From Candidatus Angelobacter sp. (GTDB lineage: Bacteria > Chloroflexota > Dormibacteria > Aeolococcales > Aeolococcaceae): DNA of 64,000 nucleotides. Location of the stretch: positions 75,937 through 139,936 of the forward strand of contig DATMMX010000047.1 in assembly GCA_035569495.1 (NCBI GenBank), read 5' to 3'. The notes under the pieces were generated by a model. It did no database searches. It saw only the letters and a program-made list of their open reading frames with translations, and had not been told where the DNA came from. Both the position numbers and the translations under genes were made by a program. The number at the start of each line of letters is the position of its first letter. Within the stretch, counting starts at the first letter, position 1. Shown here in pieces: positions 17,947 through 30,900 of this stretch.

Positions 17947-20213
17947 GCGAAGCGCCTCCGCAGCACCCGCGCCCGCCGTCGCGAGCGAGCCGCGCCCGCC
18001 ACCGGAGCGGGCCACGGGTTGGGCAGGCTGCGATCGTACGGCTCGCGCAGCGACGCCCGCGACGACAGGGCGAGCACCCGGGTCAGCCAGGGCTGCCCCC
18101 TGGAGAGCCGTCGCCGCAGCGAGGCACCCATCTCCCGCGCCGCCGCCACGTCCTCGGCCTGCAGGTCACGGGCCAGGTCGCCCCAGAGCGCGCGGGTGAC
18201 CAGCCAGGCGTACTCCTCGTGCTCCTCGTCGGGGCTGAGCCGGTCGAGGAACTCGAGGGGGGTGGACCAGGGGTCGCCGGCGCGCAGGTCGCCGGCCAGG
18301 TCGCGGAACTCCGCGTACTCGACGGCGATCTCGGCTGCGGCCCCGAACGCCCGGGCGTGGCGGCGCCGCCTGCGCCCGCGCCAGAGCTTGAGCGGCCAGG
18401 GGAAGAACATCACCAGCACGGCGGCGGCGACGCCGATGGGGGCGAGCACGGCCAGCCACCAGCGCACCACCTGGTAGAGCAGCAGCGCCGAGCTGGCGTC
18501 GGTGGGCACGTAGAGCTGCAGCGACACCTCCTCGGCGGGGTGGATCAGCGGGCTGTGGTTGGCCGGGTTGGCGTCGAGCGGGGAGACGGCGTGGGCCGGG
18601 ACGCCGATCACCGGCACCCAGCCGTAGCCCTCGAAGTACACCTCGGCCCAGTTGGCGCCGTGCCGCGGACGCAGCTCGACGCCGCCGCCCGGGACGGGGT
18701 CGCCACCGTAGAAGCCGTAGCCGAGCCGGGCGGGCAGCCCCGCCCAGCGGGCCAGCAGCACCTGGGCCGCGGCGATCTCGTAGGGCGACGCCCTGCCGCC
18801 GGCGAGCATGGCCACCACCCGCGACGGCGGGGTCGGCCCGGGCACGCCGGGACCGGCGGCGACGACGTGGTCGTAGAGCGCCTGGCGCAACGCCTGGAGA
18901 CGGTCCCACGGGTTGCGCGGCGCGTTGTCGAGGAGGTGGCGCACCTCGTCCGGGGCGGCGGGGATCCAGGTGTCGTCAGGGTTGACGCCGCGCGGGCTGC
19001 CTGCGGCCGACAGGTCCTGCGCGCTGGGCGGCTTCTCGCCGCTGACCGTGTAGGTGAAGGCGCCGGTCGGCGCGGCGGGCAGCATCAGCGCGCCGCTGCG
19101 CGGGTCGTACTGGGCGCGGCCGCCCTGCAGGTTGACGTGGGTCGCGCCCGCCGGGGCGGGCAGCACGCGCTGTTCGGGGTCGACCACCGTGACGGTGTAG
19201 TCCTGGGTCGCGCCCTTCAGGGTGGTCAGCGGCTGGTCACCGGCGACGTTGACCAGCCGGGAGGGGTCGTAGGGCGGCAGCAGGAAGTCGCTGCCGTCGT
19301 AGCTGTCCAGCTCGCCGAGGCGCCAGGGGCCGGAGAGGTCGCCGGGACCCCGGACCCTGGCGATGGCCCGGTCCTTGACCTGGTCGGGCGGGACCACCTG
19401 GGGCTTCTGCGGGGGGAGGGCGCGGGTGGCCACCGCGGCGGGGAAGAGGAAGCTCGAATGGTTGAGCACGACCAGGGCGACCAGGGCGAGGGCGAGGGCG
19501 CCGGCCCCGCGCAGGGAGCGGCGCAGCTCGAAGCCGCGACTGCCGCCGCTGCCGCCCAGCTCGGCGGCGTAGAGCACCATCAGTCCGGCGACCACCAGCA
19601 CCAGCGAGACGCCGGCGCCGAGCACGCCGCCGTCCGGGGGCTGGAGCAGGGCGCCGGCGAGCACCACGGGGAGGGGCAGGGCGAGGGCAAGCCGGGGCCG
19701 GGACGTGTTGAGCACCAGCGTCGCGGTGGCGGCGGCGAGCAGGATGCAGAGAGCGACCAGCACGAACCGCCAGCCGGCATCGAAGGGCACGGGGGGCTGG
19801 AGCAGGCCGCCGCCGCTGACCGCGGACTGCACCGCTTCGAGGGGGGAGACGCGGCTGTCGGTGGCGACGCTGACCAGGGAGGCGGCGACGAAGGCGGCCG
19901 GAAGCAGGGCGAGGCCGGCGACGCCGGGGCGGCGGGAGCGGGCGACGGCGGCGGCCGCGGCGACGCCGAGGGCGGCGCAGGCCAGGGCCAGGGGGCGGGC
20001 CTGCGGCGAGTCGAAGACGCCGCCGAGCATCCAGGCGGCGGCGGCGCTGCTGAGCAGGGCGGCCAGGCAGGCGCGGCGCACGGAGAGTGTGGGCTCTGCG
20101 TCGTCGCCGGGCGTGGCCACCGGGACCGGAAAAGCGGCGGGCACCCCCGCAGCGGCTTGGTGGTCGGGCCCGGCAACGGGAACGGAGGTTTTCGCGGGCG
20201 GCTCGACGATCAT
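17943..20213 (-). CDS. Transglutaminase-like (TgpA-type) membrane protein with C-terminal DUF4129-like region
   Basis: ATG (MIVEPP…) overlaps the DUF58 stop (ATGA). Six N-terminal TM helices are followed by the transglutaminase core (…ASPYEIAAAQVLLARWAGLPARLGYGFYGGD…HGANWAEVYFEGYGWVPV; the ASPYE Cys-position is degenerate here). A further TM helix and an acidic/Arg-rich tail follow. Confidence 0.65.
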   Translation of the reverse strand: MIVEPPAKTSVPVAGPDHQAAAGVPAAFPVPVATPGDDAEPTLSVRRACLAALLSSAAAAWMLGGVFDSPQARPLALACAALGVAAAAAVARSRRPGVAGLALLPAAFVAASLVSVATDSRVSPLEAVQSAVSGGGLLQPPVPFDAGWRFVLVALCILLAAATATLVLNTSRPRLALALPLPVVLAGALLQPPDGGVLGAGVSLVLVVAGLMVLYAAELGGSGGSRGFELRRSLRGAGALALALVALVVLNHSSFLFPAAVATRALPPQKPQVVPPDQVKDRAIARVRGPGDLSGPWRLGELDSYDGSDFLLPPYDPSRLVNVAGDQPLTTLKGATQDYTVTVVDPEQRVLPAPAGATHVNLQGGRAQYDPRSGALMLPAAPTGAFTYTVSGEKPPSAQDLSAAGSPRGVNPDDTWIPAAPDEVRHLLDNAPRNPWDRLQALRQALYDHVVAAGPGVPGPTPPSRVVAMLAGGRASPYEIAAAQVLLARWAGLPARLGYGFYGGDPVPGGGVELRPRHGANWAEVYFEGYGWVPVIGVPAHAVSPLDANPANHSPLIHPAEEVSLQLYVPTDASSALLLYQVVRWWLAVLAPIGVAAAVLVMFFPWPLKLWRGRRRRRHARAFGAAAEIAVEYAEFRDLAGDLRAGDPWSTPLEFLDRLSPDEEHEEYAWLVTRALWGDLARDLQAEDVAAAREMGASLRRRLSRGQPWLTRVLALSSRASLREPYDRSLPNPWPAPVAGAARSRRRARVLRRRFA

Positions 20214-21481
20214 CGGCGGATGCCCGCGCCGCCGCCGAACACCGCCGCCAGCGGCGTGCGCGGCCGCAGCTGCACCACCTGGCACCCCAGCGCCGCCGCA
20301 TGGGCCAGCGCGGTCGGATCGCTCTCCTCCCACACCAGCACCACCAGCACCACGTAGGCGCCCTGGTCGACGAGCAGCTTCAGCCGGGTCGCGGCGCGGT
20401 CGTCCACGTGCGGGGTCACCACCACGTGGTGCACGTCGCGGCGCACATTGCGCACCACCCGCTCGACCACGGTCTGCAGCGGCTCGGCCTCGCGCTGCAC
20501 CCGGGCCATGGCATCGAGCAGGTTGGTCTGGTCGCGCACCCCGCGGAGCGAGGGCGCCAGCGTCGCGCCGTTGGTCTCGACACTGACCGCGAAGCCGTCC
20601 CTGAGGTACCGCAGGCCCAGCGACGCCGCCGTCCGCACCGCCGCCTCGAAGGTGTCGCTGGGGTCGCCCGGGCTGTGGTGGCGGGAATCGGTGTCGAGGA
20701 CGATGGCGACGCGGTCGGTGATGCCCTGCTCGAACTCGCGGACCATCATCCGGCCGGTGCGGGCCACGGCGCGCCAGACCACGCGGCGCAGGTCGTCACC
20801 GGGCGTGTAGCGGCGCATGCCGTAGAACTCGAAGCCGCTCGGCCATGGCTTGGAGACCGGTGGCCGCACCGGCGGGTCCTCCCACTGGCGGGTGAGCGGC
20901 GTGTCCTGCACGCCCTCGGTCTGCGGGTGGACGAGGATCTCGCCGGCCTCGGCGACCACCACCTCGCGCCGGGTGAAGCCGAACGGGTCGCTCCAGATCG
21001 CGGTCAGCGGGCCCACCTCGTAGACGCCGCGGAGCTGCGGGGTCATCGCGTAGCGGTAGGTGGCGTCGCGTCCGGGGGCGACGGACTCGAGCTGGATGCG
21101 GCGGCTGCGGCCGAGGTGGGGATGCAGCTTCTCCTCCAGCACCAGCCCGGTGACCCGGCGGCGCGAGCTGAAGGTCAGCTCGACGTCGACGAGCTGGCCC
21201 TGGCGGACGCGCGTGGGCAGCTCGCTGCGCACGGCGTCGAGCGCCTGGCGCTGCCGGCCCAGCCACCAGGCCAGGGCGAGCACCACCAGTCCGCCGTAGA
21301 CCAGCAGGTAGAGGGTGCGGCTGCCCAGCAGCCGGGCGAGCAGCCAGCCGGCCACGGCGCCGCCGACGAGCATGGCGCCGCCCGCGGTCAGGCCGGTGCG
21401 CGCCAGCACGCGGGCGAGCGTGGGCACCTCGAAGCGCCAGGAGGGGCGCCACGGCGGGCGGCGGCTGCGGATGGCCTGCAT
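20210..21481 (-). CDS. DUF58-domain protein (VWA-like, MoxR partner)
   Basis: Two N-terminal TM helices are present. The core …GFEFYGMRRYTPGDDLRRVVWRAVARTGRMMVREFEQGITDRVAIVLDTDS… is characteristic of DUF58 proteins encoded next to MoxR ATPases. There are 7 nt between the MoxR stop and this ATG. Confidence 0.75.
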   Translation of the reverse strand: MQAIRSRRPPWRPSWRFEVPTLARVLARTGLTAGGAMLVGGAVAGWLLARLLGSRTLYLLVYGGLVVLALAWWLGRQRQALDAVRSELPTRVRQGQLVDVELTFSSRRRVTGLVLEEKLHPHLGRSRRIQLESVAPGRDATYRYAMTPQLRGVYEVGPLTAIWSDPFGFTRREVVVAEAGEILVHPQTEGVQDTPLTRQWEDPPVRPPVSKPWPSGFEFYGMRRYTPGDDLRRVVWRAVARTGRMMVREFEQGITDRVAIVLDTDSRHHSPGDPSDTFEAAVRTAASLGLRYLRDGFAVSVETNGATLAPSLRGVRDQTNLLDAMARVQREAEPLQTVVERVVRNVRRDVHHVVVTPHVDDRAATRLKLLVDQGAYVVLVVLVWEESDPTALAHAAALGCQVVQLRPRTPLAAVFGGGAGIRR

Positions 21482-21487
21482 GGGTGC

Positions 21488-22516
21488 CTAGCCGAGCGCC
21501 GCGAGGGCCTCGGTGCCGCGGACCAGCCGCTGGGGGGGCGCCGAGCTGCTGACCAGCGGCGGCTTGACCCGGCCGACCACGCGCTCCAGCACCTTGTCGA
21601 CACTCTCGCCGCGGAGCTGCGCCTCGGGGCTGAGGATGAGGCGGTGGCTCATCACCGGGTGGAGCAGCGCTTTGACGTCGTCCGGATACACGTCCTCCCG
21701 CCCCTGGCTGGCGGCGAGGACGCGCGCCGCCCAGAGCAGCGACAGCGAGGCGCGCGGGCTGGCCCCGAGGGTGAGCGCGGCGTCGTGGCGGGTGGCCTGG
21801 ACGATGTCGATGGCGTAGCGCAGCACCGGCTGGGCGACGGTCACCCCGCTGGCCCACTCGATCATCGCCACCACCTCGGGCAGGTCGACCATCGGCTGCA
21901 GCCGGTCGATGGCGGGCTGGCGGCCGTTGGCCATCAGCACCTCCTCCTCCGCCTCCGCCGACGGGTAGCCGATCGAGAGCTTGAAGAGGAAGCGGTCGAG
22001 CTGCGCCTCGGGGAGCGGGAAGGTCCCGGCCAGCTCGATGGGGTTCTGCGTGGCCAGCACCAGGAACGGCCGCGGCAGCGCGTGGGTGGTGCCCTCGACG
22101 GTGACGGTGCGCTCGGCCATGGCTTCGAGCAGCGCACTCTGCGTCTTCGGCGTCGCGCGGTTGACCTCGTCGGCGAGCAGGATGTTGGCGAACACCGGGC
22201 CGGGGCGGAAGGTGAAGGTCATCCGCGCCTGGTCGAGGATGCTGCTGCCGGTGATGTCGCCGGGCAGCATGTCGGGGGTGCACTGGATGCGGCCCACGTC
22301 GGCGTTGACGGTGCGCGCGATCGAGCGGGCGAGCATCGACTTGCCGACGCCGGGCGCGTCCTCGAGGAGCAGGTGTCCCTCGGCGAACATCGCCACCAGG
22401 GCCATGTGGACGACGTCGCCCTTGCCCTTGATCACCCGTTCGACGTTGGCCTGGATCTCCTCGAAGCGCCGGGTGAAGCGCTGCGCATCCATGGGCGGCA
22501 GGGCGGGAAGTGGCAT
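21488..22516 (-). CDS. MoxR-family AAA+ ATPase
   Basis: ATG with GGAGGAG upstream. Walker A is LLEDAPGVGKSMLARSIA and Walker B is FANILLADEVNRATPKTQSALLEAMAE (sensor/arginine finger context). The conserved MoxR C-terminal helical domain is present. The ORF-track extension to 24940 is read-through in another frame of the upstream gene. Confidence 0.9.
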   Translation of the reverse strand: MPLPALPPMDAQRFTRRFEEIQANVERVIKGKGDVVHMALVAMFAEGHLLLEDAPGVGKSMLARSIARTVNADVGRIQCTPDMLPGDITGSSILDQARMTFTFRPGPVFANILLADEVNRATPKTQSALLEAMAERTVTVEGTTHALPRPFLVLATQNPIELAGTFPLPEAQLDRFLFKLSIGYPSAEAEEEVLMANGRQPAIDRLQPMVDLPEVVAMIEWASGVTVAQPVLRYAIDIVQATRHDAALTLGASPRASLSLLWAARVLAASQGREDVYPDDVKALLHPVMSHRLILSPEAQLRGESVDKVLERVVGRVKPPLVSSSAPPQRLVRGTEALAALG

Positions 22517-22542
22517 GGGGATCTCTTTCTCCTCCAACGGAA

Positions 22543-25592
<3,050 letters not shown>

Positions 25593-25596
<4 letters not shown>

Positions 25597-27842
25597 CGCC
25601 GCACCCCCACCGGCGCCGGCGGCCGCCGGTCGAGGCGGTAGCGCCGGGGCACGAACGCGGTTGCCCCACCGGCGAGGCGCTTGGGCGCGAGCTGCGCACG
25701 CCCGTCGCCGGACACACCGCCGCGCGAGTAGGCGGCCACCTCGACGTGGTACCGGTCGGCGACGCGCCGCAGGAACGCGTCGCGGATCGCCGCCACCACC
25801 TGGGCGACGCCGCCCGGCCGCGACAGCAGCAGCACGATCACCGCGGCCGCCAGCACCGCCGAGCTGCCCGCCCCGGCGTCGACCAGGTTGGTCGCCAGGG
25901 CCAGGAAGAGCACGCCGAGGAAGGGACCGGCCACCGCGCCGAGCCCGCCGACCACGGTCATGAGGAACAGCTTCTCGCTGAGCTCGGGGGTGAACCCGCC
26001 GCTGCCCGCCCCGCCGATCTGGTACGCGAACACGCCGCCGGCCAGCGCGGCGAGGAAGCCGCTGATCACGAACGCCTGCAGCCGGGCGCGGGTGAGGTTG
26101 ACGCCGAAGGCCTGGGTCGCCTGCTCGTTCTCCCGGCTGGCGATCAGCGCGCGGCCGGTGCGGCTGCGGCGCATCCCGGTCACCGCCACGGCGCAGGCGG
26201 CGGCGATGGCGAGGACCAGGTAGTAGAGGACGCGCTCGTCGCTGCCCTGCAGGCCGAGCACGCTGGGGCGGTCGAGGCTGCTCGGGATCAGCGTCGCGCC
26301 GAGCTTCTGGCCGAAGAGCAGCGACTGGGCCAGCTCGGCGAAGGCCAGGGTGGTGATGGCCAGGTAGAGGCCGCGGATGCGCAGCGCGGGCAGCCCGACG
26401 ATCAGCGCGGTGACCGCTCCCGCCGCCGCGCCGGGGGGGACGGTGAGCCAGAACGGGAGATGTGCGCTGCCCGCCAGCGCCGAGGCCACCCAGGCGCCCA
26501 CCGCGGCGAGGCCGAACTGGCCGAGGCTGATCTGGCCGGCCCAGCCGGAGAGCACCAGCAGGCTGAGGCCGACGATGCCGTAGGTGATCAGCTGCCCCGC
26601 CTCGCCGGTGCCGCCCGGGGAGAGCACCCAGGGCAGGGCGAGCACGGCGACGGCGACGCCGCCGACGGTGAGGCGGCGCATGCGGCGCACGGGGGGCAGG
26701 TCGCGGAGCGCGGGCGGGATGGGGCGGGTCTCCCTGCTGGTCGCCCAGGCGCCCGCCGCGGCGGCGAGGCGGCCGGTGAGCTCCCTGGGCCGGAGCAGCA
26801 GGACGCCGACGATCACCCCGAAGAGCACCAGGTCGCGCACGCCCTGGTCGACGTTGCCCGCGATCACCGCCTGCTGGAGCACCCCGAGCACCACGGCGGC
26901 GAGCGCGGCGAGGGGCAGGCTGTCGAGGCTGGCCACCACGGCGGCGGCGAGGATGGTCACCAGCACCGGCACCGGCACGCCACCGGCGCCGCCGACGCCG
27001 GTGCTCATGCTGTCGAGCACCGCGGCGAGGCCGCTGAGCAGACCGGCGACCGTCCACACCAGCGCCTGCACCCCGACGGGGCCGATGCCCAGGCTGCGGG
27101 CGCGGTCCTCGTTGTCGGCGGCGGCGCGGATGGCCCGGCCCAGGCGGGCGCGGCGCAGGAAGACCACGATCAGGCCGAGGGCGAGCAGGGTGACGCCGAC
27201 GGTGAGCAGCGAGCCGAAGTTGAGCACCACCGCGCTGCCCAGGTGGAGGCTCGCCTGCACCGGCGGGCGGGTGTCGGGCGGGGCGGCGCCGAGGCCGGGG
27301 GTGTCGCCGTCGAACTGCTTGGCGACGAGCTCGGCGGCGTAGGTCAGCACGGTGGCGGCGGCGAGGGTGGCGACGGTGCCGACCAGGCGGCTGGCCCTGG
27401 CCAGCGGCCGCATCAGCCCGAAGTAGAGGACGAGGGCGAGCAGCGGCGCGAGCAGGATCGTGCCCACCGCGGCCAGCCCGTACTCGGTGGCCGCGGCGCC
27501 GCTCGACGCCGGGCAGCCGTCGCAGCCGAGGCCCAGGCCGCGGAGAATGGCGTGGTGCCGGACGATCTCGCCGAAGAGCACGGCGGTGATCGCGCCGACC
27601 TGCACCTGGGCGAGGTTGACCACCCGGCTGCTGCGGTAGACGAGCACCACGCCCATCGCCTGCAGGGCCAGGCTGCAGCCGGCGACCACGCCGAAGCCGA
27701 GCACGGCCGTCCGCTGCGTGGCGGTGGCCATGACCATGATGAACAGCACGGCGAGCACAGCCGTCGACACCACGGTGGTGCGCTGCAGCAGAGCCCCGGC
27801 CTGACGGCGCCGCGACGTCCACACGGCGGTCACGCGAGCCAC
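25593..27842 (-). CDS. Fused LivH/LivM-type branched-chain-amino-acid (HAAT family) ABC transporter permease (749 aa)
   Basis: GTG start. The N-terminal half is LivH-like and the C-terminal half LivM-like, both polytopic with the conserved permease loop (…RENEQATQAFGVNLTRARLQAFVISGFLAALAGG…). Confidence 0.8.
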
Positions 27843-27998
27843 TTCCCTGGCACGTGCGCTGGTCCTCCATCCGCCGCGCTTCTCTTCCCCGGCCCGCCTT
27901 CGGCCACGCTCGGCCGCGCCCCAACCACGCTATTCTCCGCGCCCGTATATGATTTCGTCAATATTACTGCCTAATTGTGCGGCGACAAGGAGACGGAC
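27843..27998. promoter_or_regulatory. Divergent intergenic control region containing conserved motif ATTGACGAAAT (minus-strand orientation) and GGAG RBS of the GH31-GH13 gene
   Basis: An AT-rich island ccgtatatGATTTCGTCAATattactgcctaattg lies in otherwise GC-rich DNA. The reverse complement ATTGACGAAATCATATAC contains a -35-like TTGACG for the minus-strand Liv/MoxR operon. The same 11-mer recurs at ~51662-51672. Confidence 0.45.
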
Positions 27999-30900
27999 GT
28001 GTCGATCCCCGGTGCACTGGCTGACGGCTCGCTGGTCACCGTCCCGCCCACCTGGCGACCCGCGCAGCCGCTGAGCCTGCCGTCCCCCCTCGACGGCGCG
28101 ACCCTCAGCACGGGCACGGGTGACGCCGTCCCGCTCGACATCCGTGCCGTGGGGGAGGGTGTGCACGCCATCGAGGGAACGTCCGCCGGCGCGCAATCCC
28201 TGCGCCTGGATCTTCCCTGCGGAGCTCTGGACGCGTTCGCGGGTGGCGGCGCCCAATTCGTGTCCATGAATCTGCGCGGGCGGGTGCTCGACGGCTGGCT
28301 CACCGACGCGGCCAGCGGGCAGACCTACTTCCACGCGCCGGTGCTGTACTCGTCGGCGGGGTGGGCGCTGGTGGTCGACACCGTGCTGCGCTATTCGATC
28401 GACTGCGCCGCGGCGTCCGCATCGGTCGTGTCGGTGACCGTTCCGGCGCCGTCCCTGCGGGCGTTCCTGATTGTCGGGACGCCGCGTCACTGCCTGTCGG
28501 TGGTGACCGAGATGACCGGGCGGGCGCCACTGCCGCCGCCGTGGGCGTTCGGGGTGTGGCACAACGTGCGCTCGGGCCCTGCGGCGGTGATGGAACAGGC
28601 GTCGCGGTTGCGCGCCGAGCGAATCCCGGCGAGCGCGCTGTGGATCGACGACCACTACTGCGCGGAGCACAACGACGGCGACGGGTTTCCAGGCAACTAC
28701 CGGCTGGCGCGGTACGGCTCGGTGCCGGAGATGCGCGCCCTGGTGGATTCCGTGCACGGGATGGGTTTCAAGGCGCTGTCGTACCTGAACTGCATGGTGT
28801 ACCGGGATACGCCGTGGTTCGCGGATGCGGTCCGGCGGGGGCTGGTGGTGCGCGACGCATCGGGGGCGCCGCTGCTGATCCCGTTCTTCAACCCGCTGCA
28901 CGCGCGCTCGGGGATCGTGGACTTCGAGGAGGACGCGGCGGCGATCCTCGACTTCAGCAATCCGCTGACGGTGGCGGCGTGGCAGGACAACGTGCGCGCG
29001 CTGCTCACCGGGGTGGGCTGGGATGGGTGGATGGAGGACTTCGGCGAGCAGCTGCCCGCATCAGCGGTCCTGCATGACGGCAGTTCCGGCGCGGATGCGC
29101 ACAACCGCTATGCGCTGCTGTACCACGGCGCGACGGCGTCGGTGCGCGCCGCTGCGAAGCCCGATGCGGTGGTGTTCGCCCGCTCGGGGTATCTCGGCTC
29201 GCAGGCGCTGCTGCCCGCCTACTGGGGCGGTGACCAGCTCTGCGAGTGGAGCGGCGAGTTCGGCATCGGCAGCGTCCTGCCTGCAGGGTTGTCCGCGGGC
29301 CTGATCGGTGTGAGCACGTGGGGGTGCGACATCTCGGGGCTGTTCGCCATGCCCGAGAAGCCGCTGTCGACGGGCGCGGGCGATCGGGAGCTGTGGATGC
29401 GCTGGGTCCAGCTCGGCGCGCTGACGCCGGTGATGCGCACCCACCTCGGCTTCAAGCCGTCGCCCACGCCGCCGCTCGACCTCTGGCACGACGAGGAGAT
29501 GACGGCGCACTTCCGCAGGTTCGCGGAGTTCCACGTGCGGCTGTTCCCGTACCTCGACACGTGCGCGCGAGAGAACGTGGCGACGGGCGTGCCGATCATG
29601 CGCGCCATGCTGCTGCAGTTCCCCGACGACCCGGTGTGCTGGACGCTGGGCGACCAGTACATGCTGGGGCCGTCGCTGCTGGTGGCGCCCGTGCTCTCGC
29701 GTGGTGCGCGCACTCGGCGCGTGTACGTGCCGGCGGGGGAGTGGCTGGAGCTGGGCACGGCTGTCGTGCACGCCGGGCCCGGGTGGGTCACCGTGGACGC
29801 GCCGCTCGACCGTGTCCCCATCCTGCAGCGGGCCGGCACGATGGTGCCGATGCTGGCAGAAACTCCGGAGACCCTGGCCGAGCCGCGCTTTGCATCGGGC
29901 GGGTACGACGTTGAGCTGCTGGTGGCGCCGGTTCCCGGCGCGGGGTCGGAGGCCGTGCTGGGCGACGGGACGCGGCTCTCGCTGGCGGGCGCGTCGCTGA
30001 CCGTGGACGGTCCCGAGCGCACCTACGTGGTGAAGGCGAACGGGGCCTTCATGGGCCTGGCACGCGGGACGGCGCTGGACTTCGAGCTGTCGCCGGCGGT
30101 GCGGCTCGCCTCGGCGGGAGTGCTCGACCCCGCTGAGCGGTCGGCGGCGTTGCAGAGTGCCCGTGCCGATGAGTCGGCGCAGGGAGTGCACCACGACGAG
30201 GCCATCTCTCCGGAGCCGCCGCGACCGGGAGTTGCAACCGTGGTGCGGGCGCGCGCCGCCGCTGGGCTCGGTGTTGCTGCCGGGTTCGTCCATTACACGA
30301 CGGACGGGTCCTCGCCGGAAGAGGCCTCGGAGACGCGCGCGACGGTCCGCATGCAGCCCGTCGCCGGTGGTTCGTGGGAGGCGTCGATCCCGCCGCAGCC
30401 CGAGGACGCCGTGCTGCGCTACGCCATCGAGATGCGTGACGCGCAGGGCGCGCCGCTATGGGCCGAGGACGCCGGCCCCGGCCTGGAACACCCCGATCCC
30501 GACGTGCCCTTCGTCCGTCCCGCCGCGCGCGTCTTCCGCCACGTCGTGCAGCGGCCGCGGGTGCCGTCGTGGATCGGCGAGGCGACCGTGTACCACCTGC
30601 TGGTCGACCGCTTCGCCCGCGACGACGGCTCCGCGGTCGCGCCCCCCGACGGCGTGCGCTTCCTGCAATTCGCCGGTGGCACGCTGCGCGGCATCACCTC
30701 GCGCCTCGACCGACTCGCCGCCCTCGGCGTCGACTGCCTGCTGCTGTCGCCGATCACGCCGGGCGAGATGCACGTCACCTACGACGTCAAGGACCTGGTC
30801 GCCGTCGACCCGCGCTTCGGCACCCTCGACGACGTGCGCACGCTGCTCGGCGAGGCGCACGCGCGTGGCATCCGCGTGCTGCTCGACACCGAGACCTCGT

